Assembly: GCA_964057225.1 (NCBI GenBank)
Contig: OZ059898.1
Location: 18,538,001 to 18,602,000 of the forward strand
Direction: 5' to 3'
DNA length: 64,000 nucleotides
DNA from: Auanema rhodensis
Lineage: Eukaryota > Animalia > Nematoda
The position numbers and the translations under genes were made by a program. Shown here piece after piece: positions 13,601-29,400 of the stretch. The notes under the pieces are model-generated. The model was not told the DNA's origin and did no database searches. It worked only from the letters and a program-made list of their open reading frames with translations. Position 1 is the stretch's first letter. Every line of letters begins with the position of its first letter.

Positions 13601-15883
13601 TTTATTGATATTGGTGCATGGTAACTATGACTTTGAAATTTACGTGAACTTTAATTTATGCTAATTAAGTGTACACATGATGTGCACTTGGTATGTAACT
13701 CGCTTCACGTCAAAGATAAAGAGATGCGGTTTTCAAAATTAGAATTCGCATGTCCATATTAGTCTAAAAACAAATTTTTATTGATATTGGTGCATGGTAA
13801 CTATGACTTTGAAATTTACGTGAACTTTAATTTATGCTAATTAAGTGTACACATGATGTGCACTTGGTATGTAACTCGCTTAACGTGAAAGATAAAGAGA
13901 TGCGGTTTTCAAAATTAGATTCCCCATGTCCATATTAGTCTAAAAACAAATTTTTATTGATATTGGTGCATGGCAACCATGACTTTAAAATTTACGTGTA
14001 CTTTAATTTATGCTAATTAAGTGTACACATGATGTGCACTTGGTATGTAACTCGCTTCACGTGAAAGATAAAGAGATGCGGTTTTCAAAATTAGATTTCC
14101 CATGTCCATATTAGTCTAAAAACAAATTTTTATTGATATTGGTGCATGGCAACCATGACTTTCAAATTTACGTGAACTTCAATTTATGCTAATTAAGTGT
14201 ACACGTGATGTGCACTTGGTATGTAACTCGCTTCGCGTCAAAGATAAAGAGATGCGGTTTTCAAAATTAGATTCCCCATGTCCATATTAGTCTAAAAACA
14301 AATTTTTATTGATATTGGTGCTTGGTAACCATGACTTTGAAATTTACGTGAACTTTAATTTATGCTAATTAAGTGTACACGTGATGTGCACTTGGTATGT
14401 AACTCGCTTCGCGTCAAAGATAAAGAGATGCGGTTTTCAAAATTAGATTCCCCATGTCCATATTAGTCTAAAAACAAATTTTTGTTGATATTGGTGGATG
14501 GTAACTATGACTTTGAAATTTACGTGAACTTTAATTTATGCTAATTAAGTGTACACATGATGTGCACTTGGTATGTAACTCGCTTCACGTGAAAGATAAA
14601 GAGATGCGGTTTTCAAAATTAGATTCCCCATGTCCATATTAGTCTAAAAACAAATTTTTATTGATATTGGTGCATGGTAACCATGACTTTGAAATTTACG
14701 TGTACTTTAATTTATGCTAATTAAGTGTACACATGATGTGCACTTGGTATGTAACTCGCTTCACGTGAAAGATAAAGAGATGCGGTTTTCAAAATTAGAT
14801 TCCCCATGTCCATATTAGTCTAAAAACAAATTTTTATTGATATTGGTGCATGGCAACCATGACTTTCAAATTTACGTGAACTTCAATTTATGCTAATTAA
14901 GTGTACACGTGATGTGCACTTGGTATGTAACTCGCTTCGCGTCAAAGATAAAGAGATGCGGTTTTCAAAATTAGATTCCCCATGTCCATATTAGTCTAAA
15001 AACAAATTTTTATTGATATTGGTGCATGGTAACCATGACTTTGAAATTTACGTGAACTTTAATTTATGCTAATTAAGTGTACACGTGATGTGCACTTGGT
15101 ATGTAACTCGCTTCGCGTCAAAGATAAAGAGATGCGGTTTTCAAAATTAGATTCCCCATGTCCATATTAGTCTAAAAACAAATTTTTGTTGATATTGGTG
15201 GATGGTAACTATGACTTTGAAATTAACGTGAACTTTAATTTATGCTAATTAAGTGTACACATGATGTGCACTTGGTATGTAACTCGCTTCACGTGAAAGA
15301 TAAAGAGATGCGGTTTTCAAAATTAGATTCCCCATGTCCATATTAGTCTAAAAACGAATTTTTATTGATATTGATGCATGGTAACCATGACTTTGAAATT
15401 TACGTGAACTTTAATTTATGCTTATTAAGTGTACACGTGATGTGCACTTGGTATGTAACTCGCTTCAAGTGAAAGATAAAGAGATGCGGTTTTCAAAATT
15501 AGATTCCCCATGTCCATATTAGTCTAAAAACAAATTTTTATTGATATTGGTGCATGGTAACTATGACTTTGAAATTTACGTGAACTTTAATTTATGCTAA
15601 TTAAGTGTACACATGATGTGCACTTGGTATGTAACTCGCTTCACGTCAAAGATAAAGAGATGCGGTTTTCAAAATTAGATTTCGCATGTCCATATTAGTC
15701 TAAAAACAAATTTTTATTGATATTGGTGCATGGTAACCATGACTTTGAAATTTACGTGAACTTTAATTTATGCTAATTAAGTGTACACATGATGTGCACT
15801 TGGTATGTAACTCGCTTAACGTGAAAGATAAAGAGATGCGGTTTTCAAAATTAGATTCCCCATGTCCATATTAGTCTAAAAAC
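10616..15883. repeat. ~30-monomer block, copy B (duplicate of 4456-9723)
   Basis: Same private markers as copy A, offset by 6160 bp. Confidence 0.9.
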
Positions 15884-16896
15884 AAATTTTTATTGATATT
15901 GGTGCATGGCAACCATGACTTTAAAATTTACGTGTACTTTAATTTATGCTAATTAAGTGTACACATGATGTGCACTTGGTATGTAACTCGCTTCACGTCA
16001 AAGATAAAGAGATGCGGTTTTCAAAATTAGATTTCGCATGTCCATATTAGTCTAAAAACAAATTTTTATTGATATTGGTGCATGGTAACCATGACTTTGA
16101 AATTTACGTGAACTTTAATTTATGCTAATTAAGTGTACACATGATGTGCACTTGGTATGTAACTCGCTTCACGTCAAAGATAAAGAGATGCGGTTTTCAA
16201 AATTAGATTCCCCATGTCCATATTAGTCTAAAAACAAATTTTTATTGATATTGGTGCATGGTAACCATGACTTTGAAATTTACGTGAACTTTAATTTATG
16301 CTAATTAAGTGTACACATGATGTGCACTTGGTATGTAACTCGCTTCACGTCAAAGATAAAGAGATGCGGTTTTCAAAATTAGATTCCCCATGTCCATATT
16401 AGTCTAAAAACAAATTTTTATTGATATTGGTGCATGGCAACCATGACTTTAAAATTTACGTGTACTTTAATTTATGCTAATTAAGTGTACACATGATGTG
16501 CACTTGGTATGTAACTCGCTTCACGTCAAAGATAAAGAGATGCGGTTTTCAAAATTAGATTTCGCATGTCCATATTAGTCTAAAAACAAATTTTTATTGA
16601 TATTGGTGCATGGTAACCATGACTTTGAAATTTACGTGAACTTTAATTTATGCTAATTAAGTGTACACATGATGTGCACTTGGTATGTAACTCGCTTCAC
16701 GTCAAAGATAAAGAGATGCGGTTTTCAAAATTAGATTCCCCATGTCCATATTAGTCTAAAAACAAATTTTTATTGATATTGGTGCATGGTAACTATGACT
16801 TTGAAATTTACGTGAACTTTAATTTATGCTAATTAAGTGTACACATGATGTGCACTTGGTATGTAACTCGCTTCACGTCAAAGATAAAGAGATGCG

Positions 16897-19800
16897 GTTT
16901 TCAAAATTAGATTTCGCATGTCCATATTAGTCTAAAAACAAATTTTTATTGATATTGGTGCATGGTAACCATGACTTTGAAATTTACGTGAACTTTAATT
17001 TATGCTAATTAAGTGTACACATGATGTGCACTTGGTATGTAACTCGCTTAACGTGAAAGATAAAGAGATGCGGTTTTCAAAATTAGATTCCCCATGTCCA
17101 TATTAGTCTAAAAACAAATTTTTATTGATATTGGTGCATGGCAACCATGACTTTAAAATTTACGTGTACTTTAATTTATGCTAATTAAGTGTACACATGA
17201 TGTGCACTTGGTATGTAACTCGCTTCACGTGAAAGATAAAGAGATGCGGTTTTCAAAATTAGATTCCCCATGTCCATATTAGTCTAAAAACAAATTTTTA
17301 TTGATATTGGTGCATGGCAACCATGACTTTCAAATTTACGTGAACTTCAATTTATGCTAATTAAGTGTACACGTGATGTGCACTTGGTATGTAACTCGCT
17401 TCGCGTCAAAGATAAAGAGATGCGGTTTTCAAAATTAGATTCCCCATGTCCATATTAGTCTAAAAACAAATTTTTATTGATATTGGTGCATGGTAACCAT
17501 GACTTTGAAATTTACGTGAACTTTAATTTATGCTAATTAAGTGTACACGTGATGTGCACTTGGTATGTAACTCGCTTCGCGTCAAAGATAAAGAGATGCG
17601 GTTTTCAAAATTAGATTCCCCATGTCCATATTAGTCTAAAAACAAATTTTTGTTGATATTGGTGGATGGTAACCATGACTTTGAAATTTACGTGAACTTT
17701 AATTTATGCTAATTAAGTGTACACGTGATGTGCACTTGGTATGTAACTCGCTTCACGTGAAAGATAAAGAGATGCGGTTTTCAAAATTAGATTCCTCATG
17801 TCCATATTAGTCTAAAAACGAATTTTTATTGATATTGATGCATGGTAACCATGACTTTGAAATTTACGTGAACTTTAATTTATGCTTATTAAGTGTACAC
17901 GTGATGTGCACTTGGTATGTAACTCGCTTCAAGTGAAAGATAAAGAGATGCGGTTTTCAAAATTAGATTCCCCATGTCCATATTAGTCTAAAAACAAATT
18001 TTTATTGATATTGGTGCATGGTAACTATGACTTTGAAATTTACGTGAACTTTAATTTATGCTAATTAAGTGTACACATGATGTGCACTTGGTATGTAACT
18101 CGCTTCACGTCAAAGATAAAGAGATGCGGTTTTCAAAATTAGATTTCGCATGTCCATATTAGTCTAAAAACAAATTTTTATTGATATTGGTGCATGGTAA
18201 CTATGACTTTGAAATTTACGTGAACTTTAATTTATGCTAATTAAGTGTACACATGATGTGCACTTGGTATGTAACTCGCTTCACGTCAAAGATAAAGAGA
18301 TGCGGTTTTCAAAATTAGATTTCGCATGTCCATATTAGTCTAAAAACAAATTTTTATTGATATTGGTGCATGGTAACCATGACTTTGAAATTTACGTGAA
18401 CTTTAATTTATGCTAATTAAGTGTACACATGATGTGCACTTGGTATGTAACTCGCTTAACGTGAAAGATAAAGAGATGCGGTTTTCAAAATTAGATTCCC
18501 CATGTCCATATTAGTCTAAAAACAAATTTTTATTGATATTGGTGCATGGCAACCATGACTTTAAAATTTACGTGTACTTTAATTTATGCTAATTAAGTGT
18601 ACACATGATGTGCACTTGGTATGTAACTCGCTTCACGTGAAAGATAAAGAGATGCGGTTTTCAAAATTAGATTCCCCATGTCCATATTAGTCTAAAAACA
18701 AATTTTTATTGATATTGGTGCATGGCAACCATGACTTTCAAATTTACGTGAACTTCAATTTATGCTAATTAAGTGTACACGTGATGTGCACTTGGTATGT
18801 AACTCGCTTCGCGTCAAAGATAAAGAGATGCGGTTTTCAAAATTAGATTCCCCATGTCCATATTAGTCTAAAAACAAATTTTTATTGATATTGGTGCATG
18901 GTAACCATGACTTTGAAATTTACGTGAACTTTAATTTATGCTAATTAAGTGTACACGTGATGTGCACTTGGTATGTAACTCGCTTCGCGTCAAAGATAAA
19001 GAGATGCGGTTTTCAAAATTAGATTCCCCATGTCCATATTAGTCTAAAAACAAATTTTTGTTGATATTGGTGGATGGTAACCATGACTTTGAAATTTACG
19101 TGAACTTTAATTTATGCTAATTAAGTGTACACGTGATGTGCACTTGGTATGTAACTCGCTTCACGTGAAAGATAAAGAGATGCGGTTTTCAAAATTAGAT
19201 TCCTCATGTCCATATTAGTCTAAAAACGAATTTTTATTGATATTGATGCATGGTAACCATGACTTTGAAATTTACGTGAACTTTAATTTATGCTTATTAA
19301 GTGTACACGTGATGTGCACTTGGTATGTAACTCGCTTCAAGTGAAAGATAAAGAGATGCGGTTTTCAAAATTAGATTCCCCATGTCCATATTAGTCTAAA
19401 AACAAATTTTTATTGATATTGGTGCATGGTAACTATGACTTTGAAATTTACGTGAACTTTAATTTATGCTAATTAAGTGTACACATGATGTGCACTTGGT
19501 ATGTAACTCGCTTCACGTCAAAGATAAAGAGATGCGGTTTTCAAAATTAGATTTCGCATGTCCATATTAGTCTAAAAACAAATTTTTATTGATATTGGTG
19601 CATGGTAACTATGACTTTGAAATTTACGTGAACTTTAATTTATGCTAATTAAGTGTACACATGATGTGCACTTGGTATGTAACTCGCTTCACGTCAAAGA
19701 TAAAGAGATGCGGTTTTCAAAATTAGATTTCGCATGTCCATATTAGTCTAAAAACAAATTTTTATTGATATTGGTGCATGGTAACCATGACTTTGAAATT

Positions 19801-20040
19801 TACGTGAACTTTAATTTATGCTAATTAAGTGTACACATGATGTGCACTTGGTATGTAACTCGCTTAACGTGAAAGATAAAGAGATGCGGTTTTCAAAATT
19901 AGATTCCCCATGTCCATATTAGTCTAAAAACAAATTTTTATTGATATTGGTGCATGGCAACCATGACTTTAAAATTTACGTGTACTTTAATTTATGCTAA
20001 TTAAGTGTACACATGATGTGCACTTGGTATGTAACTCGCT
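16897..20040. repeat. 8-monomer (1408-bp) higher-order repeat, ~2.2 copies
   Basis: The cttaacgtg variant occurs at 17047, 18455 and 19863, with the same order of intervening variants (ttaaaa/gtact, ttcaaa/ttcaat, cgcgtc x2, gttg/ggatgg, cgaa/gatgc/cttatt, caagtg, aactatg x2). Confidence 0.88.
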
Positions 20041-23000
20041 TCACGTCAAAGATAAAGAGATGCGGTTTTCAAAATTAGATTTCGCATGTCCATATTAGTC
20101 TAAAAACAAATTTTTATTGATATTGGTGCATGGCAACCATGACTTTAAAATTTACGTGTACTTTAATTTATGCTAATTAAGTGTACACATGATGTGCACT
20201 TGGTATGTAACTCGCTTCACGTCAAAGATAAAGAGATGCGGTTTTCAAAATTAGATTCCCCATGTCCATATTAGTCTAAAAACAAATTTTTATTGATATT
20301 GGTGCATGGTAACCATGACTTTGAAATTTACGTGAACTTTAATTTATGCTAATTAAGTGTACTCGTGATGTGCACTTGGTATGTAACTCGCTTCACGTGA
20401 AAGATAAAGAGATGCGGTTTTCAAAATTAGATTCCTCATGTCCATATTAGTCTAAAAAAAAATTTTTATTGGTATTGGTGCATGGCAACCATGACTTTAA
20501 AATTTACGTGTACTTTAATTTATGCTAATTAAGTGTACACGTGATGTGCACTTGGTATTTAACTCGCTTCACGTGAAAGATAAAGAGATGCGGTTTTCAA
20601 AATTAGATTCCCCATGTCCATATTAGTCTAAAAACAAATTTTTATTGATATTGGTGCATGGTAACCATGACTTTGAAATTTACGTGAACTTTAATTTATG
20701 CTAATTAAGTGTACTCGTGATGTGCACTTGGTATGTAACTCGCTTCACGTGAAAGATAAAGAGATGCGGTTTTCAAAATTAGATTCCTCATGTCCATATT
20801 AGTCTAAAAAAAATTTTTATTGATATTGGTGCATGGTAACCATGACTTTGAAATTTACGTGAACTTCAATTTATGCTAATTAAGTGTACACGTGATGTGC
20901 ACTTGGTATGTAACTCGCTTCACGTGAAAGATAAAGAGATGCGGTTTTCAAAATTAGATTCCCCATGTTTATATTAGTCTAAAAACGAATTTTTATTGAT
21001 ATTGGTGCATGGCAACCATGACTTTAAAATCTACGAGTACTTTAATTTATGCTAATTAAGTGTACACATGATGTGCACTTGGTATGTAACTCGCTTCACG
21101 TGAAAGATAAAGAGATGCGGTTTTCAAAATTAGATTCCTCATGTCCATATTAGTCTAAAAACAAATTTTTATTGATATTGGTGCATGGCAACCATGACTT
21201 TAAAATTTACGTGTACTTTAATTTATGCTAATTAAGTGTACACATGATGTGCACTTGGTATGTAACTCGCTTCACGTGAAAGATAAAGAGATGCGGTTTT
21301 CAAAATTAGATTCCCCATGTCCATATTAGTCTAAAAACAAATTTTTATTGATATTGGTGCATGGCAACCATGACTTTAAAATTTACGTGTACTTTAATTT
21401 ATGCTAATTAAGTGTACACATGATGTGCACTTGGTATGTAACTCGCTTCACGTGAAAGATAAAGAGATGCGGTTTTCAAAATTAGATTCCTCATGTCCAT
21501 ATTAGTCTAAAGACGAATTTTTATTGATATTGATGAATGGTAACCATGACTTTGAAATTTACGTGAACTTTAATTTATGCTTATTAAGTGTACACGTGAT
21601 GTGCACTTGGTATGTAACTCGCTTCACGTGAAAGATAAAGAGATGCGGTTTTCAAAATTAGATTTCGCATGTCCATATTAGTCTAAAAACAAATTTTTAT
21701 TGATATTGGTGCATGGCAACCATGACTTTAAAATTTACGTGTACTTTAATTTATGCTAATTAAGTGTACACATGATGTGCACTTGGTATGTAACTCGCTT
21801 CACGTCAAAGATAAAGAGATGCGGTTTTCAAAATTAGATTTCGCATGTCCATATTAGTCTAAAAACAAATTTTTATTGATATTGGTGCATGGTAACCATG
21901 ACTTTGAAATTTACGTGAACTTTAATTTATGCTAATTAAGTGTACACGTGATGTGCACTTGGTATGTAACTCGCTTCACGTGAAAGATAAAGAGATGCGG
22001 TTTTCAAAATTAGATTCCCCATGTCCATATTAGTCTAAAAACAAATTTTTATTGATATTGGTGCATGGCAACCATGACTTTAAAGTTTACGTGTACTTTA
22101 ATTTATGCTAATTAAGTGTACACATGATGTGCACTTGGTATGTAACTCGCTTCACGTCAAAGATAAAGAGATGCGGTTTTCAAAATTAGATTTCGCATGT
22201 CCATATTAGTCTAAAAACAAATTTTTATTGATATTGGTGCATGGTAACCATGACTTTGAAATTTACGTGAACTTTAATTTATGCTAATTAAGTGTACTCG
22301 TGATGTGCACTTGGTATGTAACTCGCTTCACGTGAAAGATAAAAAGATGCGGTTTTCAAAATTAGATTCCTCATGTCCATATTAGTCTAAAAACAAATTT
22401 TTATTGGTATTGGTGCATGGCAACCATGACTTTTAAATTTACGTGTACTTTAATTTATGCTAATTAAGTGTACACATGATGTGCACTTGGTATGTAACTC
22501 GCTTCACGTCAAAGATAAAGAGATGCGGTTTTCAAAATTAGATTTCGCATGTCCATATTAGTCTAAAAACAAATTTTTATTGATATTGGTGCATGGTAAC
22601 CATGACTTTGAAATTTACGTGAACTTTAATTTATGCTAATTAAGTGTACACGTGATGTGCACTTGGTATGTAACTCGCTTCACGTGAAAGATAAAGAGAT
22701 GCGGTTTTCAAAATTAGATTCCCCATGTCCATATTAGTCTAAAAACAAATTTTTATTGATATTGGTGCATGGCAACCATGACTTTAAAGTTTACGTGTAC
22801 TTTAATTTATGCTAAATAAGTGTACACATGATGTGCTCTTGGTATGTAACTCGCTTCACGTCAAAGATAAAGAGATGCGGTTTTCAAAATTAGATTTCGC
22901 ATGTCCATATTAGTCTAAAAACAAATTTTTATTGATATTGGTGCATGGTAACCATGACTTTGAAATTTACGTGAACTTTAATTTATGCTAATTAAGTGTA

Positions 23001-26000
23001 CTCGTGATGTGCACTTGGTATGTAACTCGCTTCACGTGAAAGATAAAAAGATGCGGTTTTCAAAATTAGATTCCTCATGTCCATATTAGTCTAAAAACAA
23101 ATTTTTATTGGTATTGGTGCATGGCAACCATGACTTTTAAATTTACGTGTACTTTAATTTATGCTAATTAAGTGTACACATGATGTGCACTTGGTATGTA
23201 ACTCGCTTCACGTCAAAGATAAAGAGATGCGGTTTTCAAAATTAGATTCCTCATGTCCATATTAGTCTAAAAACAAATTTTTATTAATATTGGTGCATGG
23301 TAACCATGACTTTGAAATTTATGTGAACTTTAATTTATGCTAATTAAGTGTACACATGATGTGCACTTGGTATGTAACTCGCTTCACGTGAAAGATAAAG
23401 AGATGCGGTTTTCAAAATTAGATTCCTCATGTCCATATTAGTCTAAAAACGAATTTTTATTGATATTGATGCATGGTAATCATGACTTTGAAATTTTCGT
23501 GAACTTTAATTTATGCTTATTAAGTGTACACGTCATGTGCACTTGGTATGTAACTCGCTTCACGTGAAAGATAAAGAGATGCGGTTTTCAAAATTAGATT
23601 CCTCATGTCCATATTAGTCTAAAAACGAATTTTTATTGATATTGATGAATGGTAACCATGACTTTGAAATTTACGTGAACTTTAATTTATGCTTATTAAG
23701 TGTACACGTGATGTGCACTTGGTATGTAACTCGCTTCAAGTGAAAGATAAAGAGATGCGGTTTTCAAAATTAGATTCCCCATGTCCATATTAGTCTAAAA
23801 ACAAATTTTTATTGATATTGGTGCATGGTAACTATGACTTTGAAATTTACGTGAACTTTAATTTATGCTTATTAAGTGTACACGTGATGTGCACTTGGTA
23901 TGTAACTCGCTTCAAGTGAAAGATAAAGAGATGCGGTTTTCAAAATTAGATTCCCCATGTCCATATTAGTCTAAAGACGAATTTTTATTGATATTGATGA
24001 ATGGTAACCATGACTTTGAAATTTACGTGAACTTTAATTTATGCTAATTAAGTGTACACGTGATGTGCACTTGGTATGTAAATCGCTTCACGTGAAAGAT
24101 AAAGAGATGCGGTTTTCAAAATTAGATTCCTCATGTCCATATTAGTCTAAAGACGAATTTTTATTGATATTGATGAATGTTAACCATGACTTTGAAATTT
24201 ACGTGAACTTTAATTTATGCTTATTAAGTGTACACGTGATGTGCACTTGGTATGTAACTCGCTTCAAGTGAAAGATAAAGAGATGCGGTTTTCAAAATTA
24301 GATTCCCCATGTCCATATTAGTCTAAAAACAAATTTTTATTGATATTGGTGCATGGTAACTATGACTTTGAAATTTACGTGAACTTTAATTTATGCTAAT
24401 TAAGTGTACACATGATGTGCACTTGGTATGTAACTCGCTTCACGTGAAAGATAAAGAGATGCGGTTTTCAAAATTAGATTTCGCATGTCCATATTAGTCT
24501 AAAAACGAATTTTTATTGATATTGATGCATGGCAACCATGACTTTAAAATTTACGTGTACTTTAATTTATGCTAATTAAGTGTACACATGATGTGCACTT
24601 GGTATGTAACTCGCTTCACGTCAAAGATAAAGAGATGCGGTTTTCAAAATTAGATTTCGCATGTCCATATTAGTCCAAAAACAAATTTTTATTGATATTG
24701 GTGCATGGTAACCATGACTTTGAAATTTACGTGAACTTTAATTTATGCTAATTAAGTGTACACGTGATGTGCACTTGGTATGTAACTCGCTTCACGTGAA
24801 AGATAAAGAGATGCGGTTTTCAAAATTAGATTCCCCATGTCCATATTAGTCTAAAAACAAATTTTTATTGATATTGGTGCATGGCAACCATGACTTTAAA
24901 GTTTACGTGTACTTTAATTTATGCTAATTAAGTGTACACATGATGTGCACTTGGTATGTAACTCGCTTCACGTCAAAGATAAAGAGATGCGGTTTTCAAA
25001 ATTAGATTTCGCATGTCCATATTAGTCTAAAAACAAATTTTTATTGATATTGGTGCATGGTAACCATGACTTTGAAATTTACGTGAACTTTAATTTATGC
25101 TAATTAAGTGTACTCGTGATGTGCACTTGGTATGTAACTCGCTTCACGTGAAAGATAAAAAGATGCGGTTTTCAAAATTAGATTCCTCATGTCCATATTA
25201 GTCTAAAAACAAATTTTTATTGGTATTGGTGCATGGCAACCATGACTTTTAAATTTACGTGTACTTTAATTTATGCTAATTAAGTGTACACATGATGTGC
25301 ACTTGGTATGTAACTCGCTTCACGTCAAAGATAAAGAGATGCGGTTTTCAAAATTAGATTTCGCATGTCCATATTAGTCTAAAAACAAATTTTTATTGAT
25401 ATTGGTGCATGGTAACCATGACTTTGAAATTTACGTGAACTTTAATTTATGCTAATTAAGTGTACACATGATGTGCACTTGGTATGTAACTCGCTTCACG
25501 TCAAAGATAAAGAGATGCGGTTTTCAAAATTAGATTCCTCATGTCCATATTAGTCTAAAAACAAATTTTTATTAATATTGGTGCATGGTAACCATGACTT
25601 TGAAATTTATGTGAACTTTAATTTATGCTAATTAAGTGTACACATGATGTGCACTTGGTATGTAACTCGCTTCACGTGAAAGATAAAGAGATGCGGTTTT
25701 CAAAATTAGATTCCTCATGTCTATATTAGTCTAAAAACGAATTTTTATTGATATTGATGCATGGTAATCATGACTTTGAAATTTTCGTGAACTTTAATTT
25801 ATGCTTATTAAGTGTACACGTGATGTGCACTTGGTATGTAACTCGCTTCACGTGAAAGATAAAGGGATGCGGTTTTCAAAATTAGATTCCCCATGTCCAT
25901 ATTAGTCTAAAAACAAATTTGTGTTGATATTGGTGGATGGTAACCATGACTTTGAAATTTATGTGAACTTTAATTTATGCTAATTAAGTGTACACATGAT

Positions 26001-26439
26001 GTGCACTTGGTATGTAACTCGCTTCACGTGAAAGATAAAGAGATGCGGTTTTCAAAATTAGATTCCTCATGTCCATATTAGTCTAAAAACGAATTTTTAT
26101 TGATATTGATGCATGGTAATCATGACTTTGAAATTTTCGTGAACTTTAATTTATGCTTATTAAGTGTACACGTGATGTGCACTTGGTATGTAACTCGCTT
26201 CACGTGAAAGATAAAGGGATGCGGTTTTCAAAATTAGATTCCCCATGTCCATATTAGTCTAAAAACAAATTTTTGTTGATATTGGTGGATGGTAACCATG
26301 ACTTTGAAATTTACGTGAACTTTAATTTATGCTAATTAAGTGTACACGTGATGTGCACTTGGTATGTAACTCGCTTCACGTAAAAGATAAAGAGATGCGG
26401 TTTTCAAAATTAGATTCCTCATGTCCATATTAGTCTAAA

Positions 26440-29400
26440 AACGAATTTTTATTGATATTGGTGCATGGTAACCATGACTTTGAAATTTACGTGAACTTTA
26501 ATTTATGCTAATTAAGTGTACACGTGATGTGCACTTGGTATGTAACTCGCTTCAAGTGAAAGATAAAGAGATGCGGTTTTCAAAATTAGATTCCCCATGT
26601 CCATATTAGTCTAAAAACAAATTTTTATTGATATTGGTGCATGGTAACTATGACTTTGAAATTTACGTGAACTTTAATTTATGCTAATTAAGTGTACACA
26701 TGATGTGCACTTGGTATGTAACTCGCTTCACGTGAAAGATAAAGAGATGCGGTTTTCAAAATTAGATTTCGCATGTCCATATTAGTCTAAAAACAAATTT
26801 TTATTGATATTGGTGCATGGTAACCATGACTTTGAAATTTACGTGAACTTTAATTTATGCTAATTAAGTGTACACGTGATGTGCACTTGGTATGTAACTC
26901 GCTTCACGTGAAAGATAAAGAGATGCGGTTTTCAAAATTAGATTCCCCATGTCCATATTAGTCTAAAAACAAATTTTTATTGATATTGGTGCATGGCAAC
27001 CATGACTTTAAAGTTTACGTGTACTTTAATTTATGCTAATTAAGTGTACACATGATGTGCACTTGGTATGTAACTCGCTTCACGTCAAAGATAAAGAGAT
27101 GCGGTTTTCAAAATTAGATTTCGCATGTCCATATTAGTCTAAAAACAAATTTTTATTGATATTGGTGCATGGTAACCATGACTTTGAAATTTACGTGAAC
27201 TTTAATTTATGCTAATTAAGTGTACTCGTGATGTGCACTTGGTATGTAACTCGCTTCACGTGAAAGATAAAAAGATGCGGTTTTCAAAATTAGATTCCTC
27301 ATGTCCATATTAGTCTAAAAACAAATTTTTATTGGTATTGGTGAATGGCAACCATGACTTTTAAATTTACGTGTACTTTAATTTATGCTAATTAAGTGTA
27401 CACATGATGTGCACTTGGTATGTAACTCGCTTCACGTCAAAGATAAAGAGATGCGGTTTTCAAAATTAGATTCCTCATGTCCATATTAGTCTAAAAACAA
27501 ATTTTTATTAATATTGGTGCATGGTAACCATGACTTTGAAATTTATGTGAACTTTAATTTATGCTAATTAAGTGTACACATGATGTGCACTTGGTATGTA
27601 ACTCGCTTCACGTGAAAGATAAAGAGATGCGGTTTTCAAAATTAGATTCCTCATGTCCATATTAGTCTAAAAACGAATTTTTATTGATATTGATGCATGG
27701 TAATCATGACTTTGAAATTTTCGTGAACTTTAATTTATGCTTATTAAGTGTACACGTGATGTGCACTTGGTATGTAACTCGCTTCACGTGAAAGATAAAG
27801 GGATGCGGTTTTCAAAATTAGATTCCCCATGTCCATATTAGTCTAAAAACAAATTTTTGTTGATATTGGTGGATGGTAACCATGACTTTGAAATTTACGT
27901 GAACTTTAATTTATGCTAATTAAGTGTACACGTGATGTGCACTTGGTATGTAACTCGCTTCACGTGAAAGATAAAGAGATGCGATTTTCAAAATTAGATT
28001 TCGCATGTCCATATTAGTCTAAAAACGAATTTTTATTGATATTGGTGCATGGTAACCATGACTTTGAAATTTACGTGAACTTTAATTTATGCTAATTAAG
28101 TGTACACGTGATGTGCACTTGGTATGTAACTCGCTTCAAGTGAAAGATAAAGAGATGCGGTTTTCAAAATTAGATTCCCCATGTCCATATTAGTCTAAAA
28201 ACAAATTTTTATTGATATTGGTGCATGGTAACTATGACTTTGAAATTTACGTGAACTTTAATTTATGCTAATTAAGTGTACACATGATGTGCACTTGGTA
28301 TGTAACTCGCTTCACGTGAAAGATAAAGAGATGCGGTTTTCAAAATTAGATTTCGCATGTCCATATTAGTCTAAAAACAAATTTTTATTGATATTGGTGC
28401 ATGGTAACCATGACTTTGAAATTTACGTGAACTTTAATTTATGCTAATTAAGTGTACACGTGATGTGCACTTGGTATGTAACTCGCTTCACGTGAAAGAT
28501 AAAGAGATGCGGTTTTCAAAATTAGATTCCCCATGTCCATATTAGTCTAAAAACAAATTTTTATTGATATTGGTGCATGGCAACCATGACTTTAAAGTTT
28601 ACGTGTACTTTAATTTATGCTAATTAAGTGTACACATGATGTGCACTTGGTATGTAACTCGCTTCACGTCAAAGATAAAGAGATGCGGTTTTCAAAATTA
28701 GATTTCGCATGTCCATATTAGTCTAAAAACAAATTTTTATTGATATTGGTGCATGGTAACCATGACTTTGAAATTTACGTGAACTTTAATTTATGCTAAT
28801 TAAGTGTACTCGTGATGTGCACTTGGTATGTAACTCGCTTCACGTGAAAGATAAAAAGATGCGGTTTTCAAAATTAGATTCCTCATGTCCATATTAGTCT
28901 AAAAACAAATTTTTATTGGTATTGGTGAATGGCAACCATGACTTTTAAATTTACGTGTACTTTAATTTATGCTAATTAAGTGTACACATGATGTGCACTT
29001 GGTATGTAACTCGCTTCACGTCAAAGATAAAGAGATGCGGTTTTCAAAATTAGATTCCTCATGTCCATATTAGTCTAAAAACAAATTTTTATTAATATTG
29101 GTGCATGGTAACCATGACTTTGAAATTTATGTGAACTTTAATTTATGCTAATTAAGTGTACACATGATTTGCACTTGGTATGTAACTCGCTTCACGTGAA
29201 AGATAAAGAGATGCGGTTTTCAAAATTAGATTCCTCATGTCCATATTAGTCTAAAAACGAATTTTTATTGATATTGATGCATGGTAATCATGACTTTGAA
29301 ATTTTCGTGAACTTTAATTTATGCTTATTAAGTGTACACGTGATGTGCACTTGGTATGTAACTCGCTTCACGTGAAAGATAAAGGGATGCGGTTTTCAAA

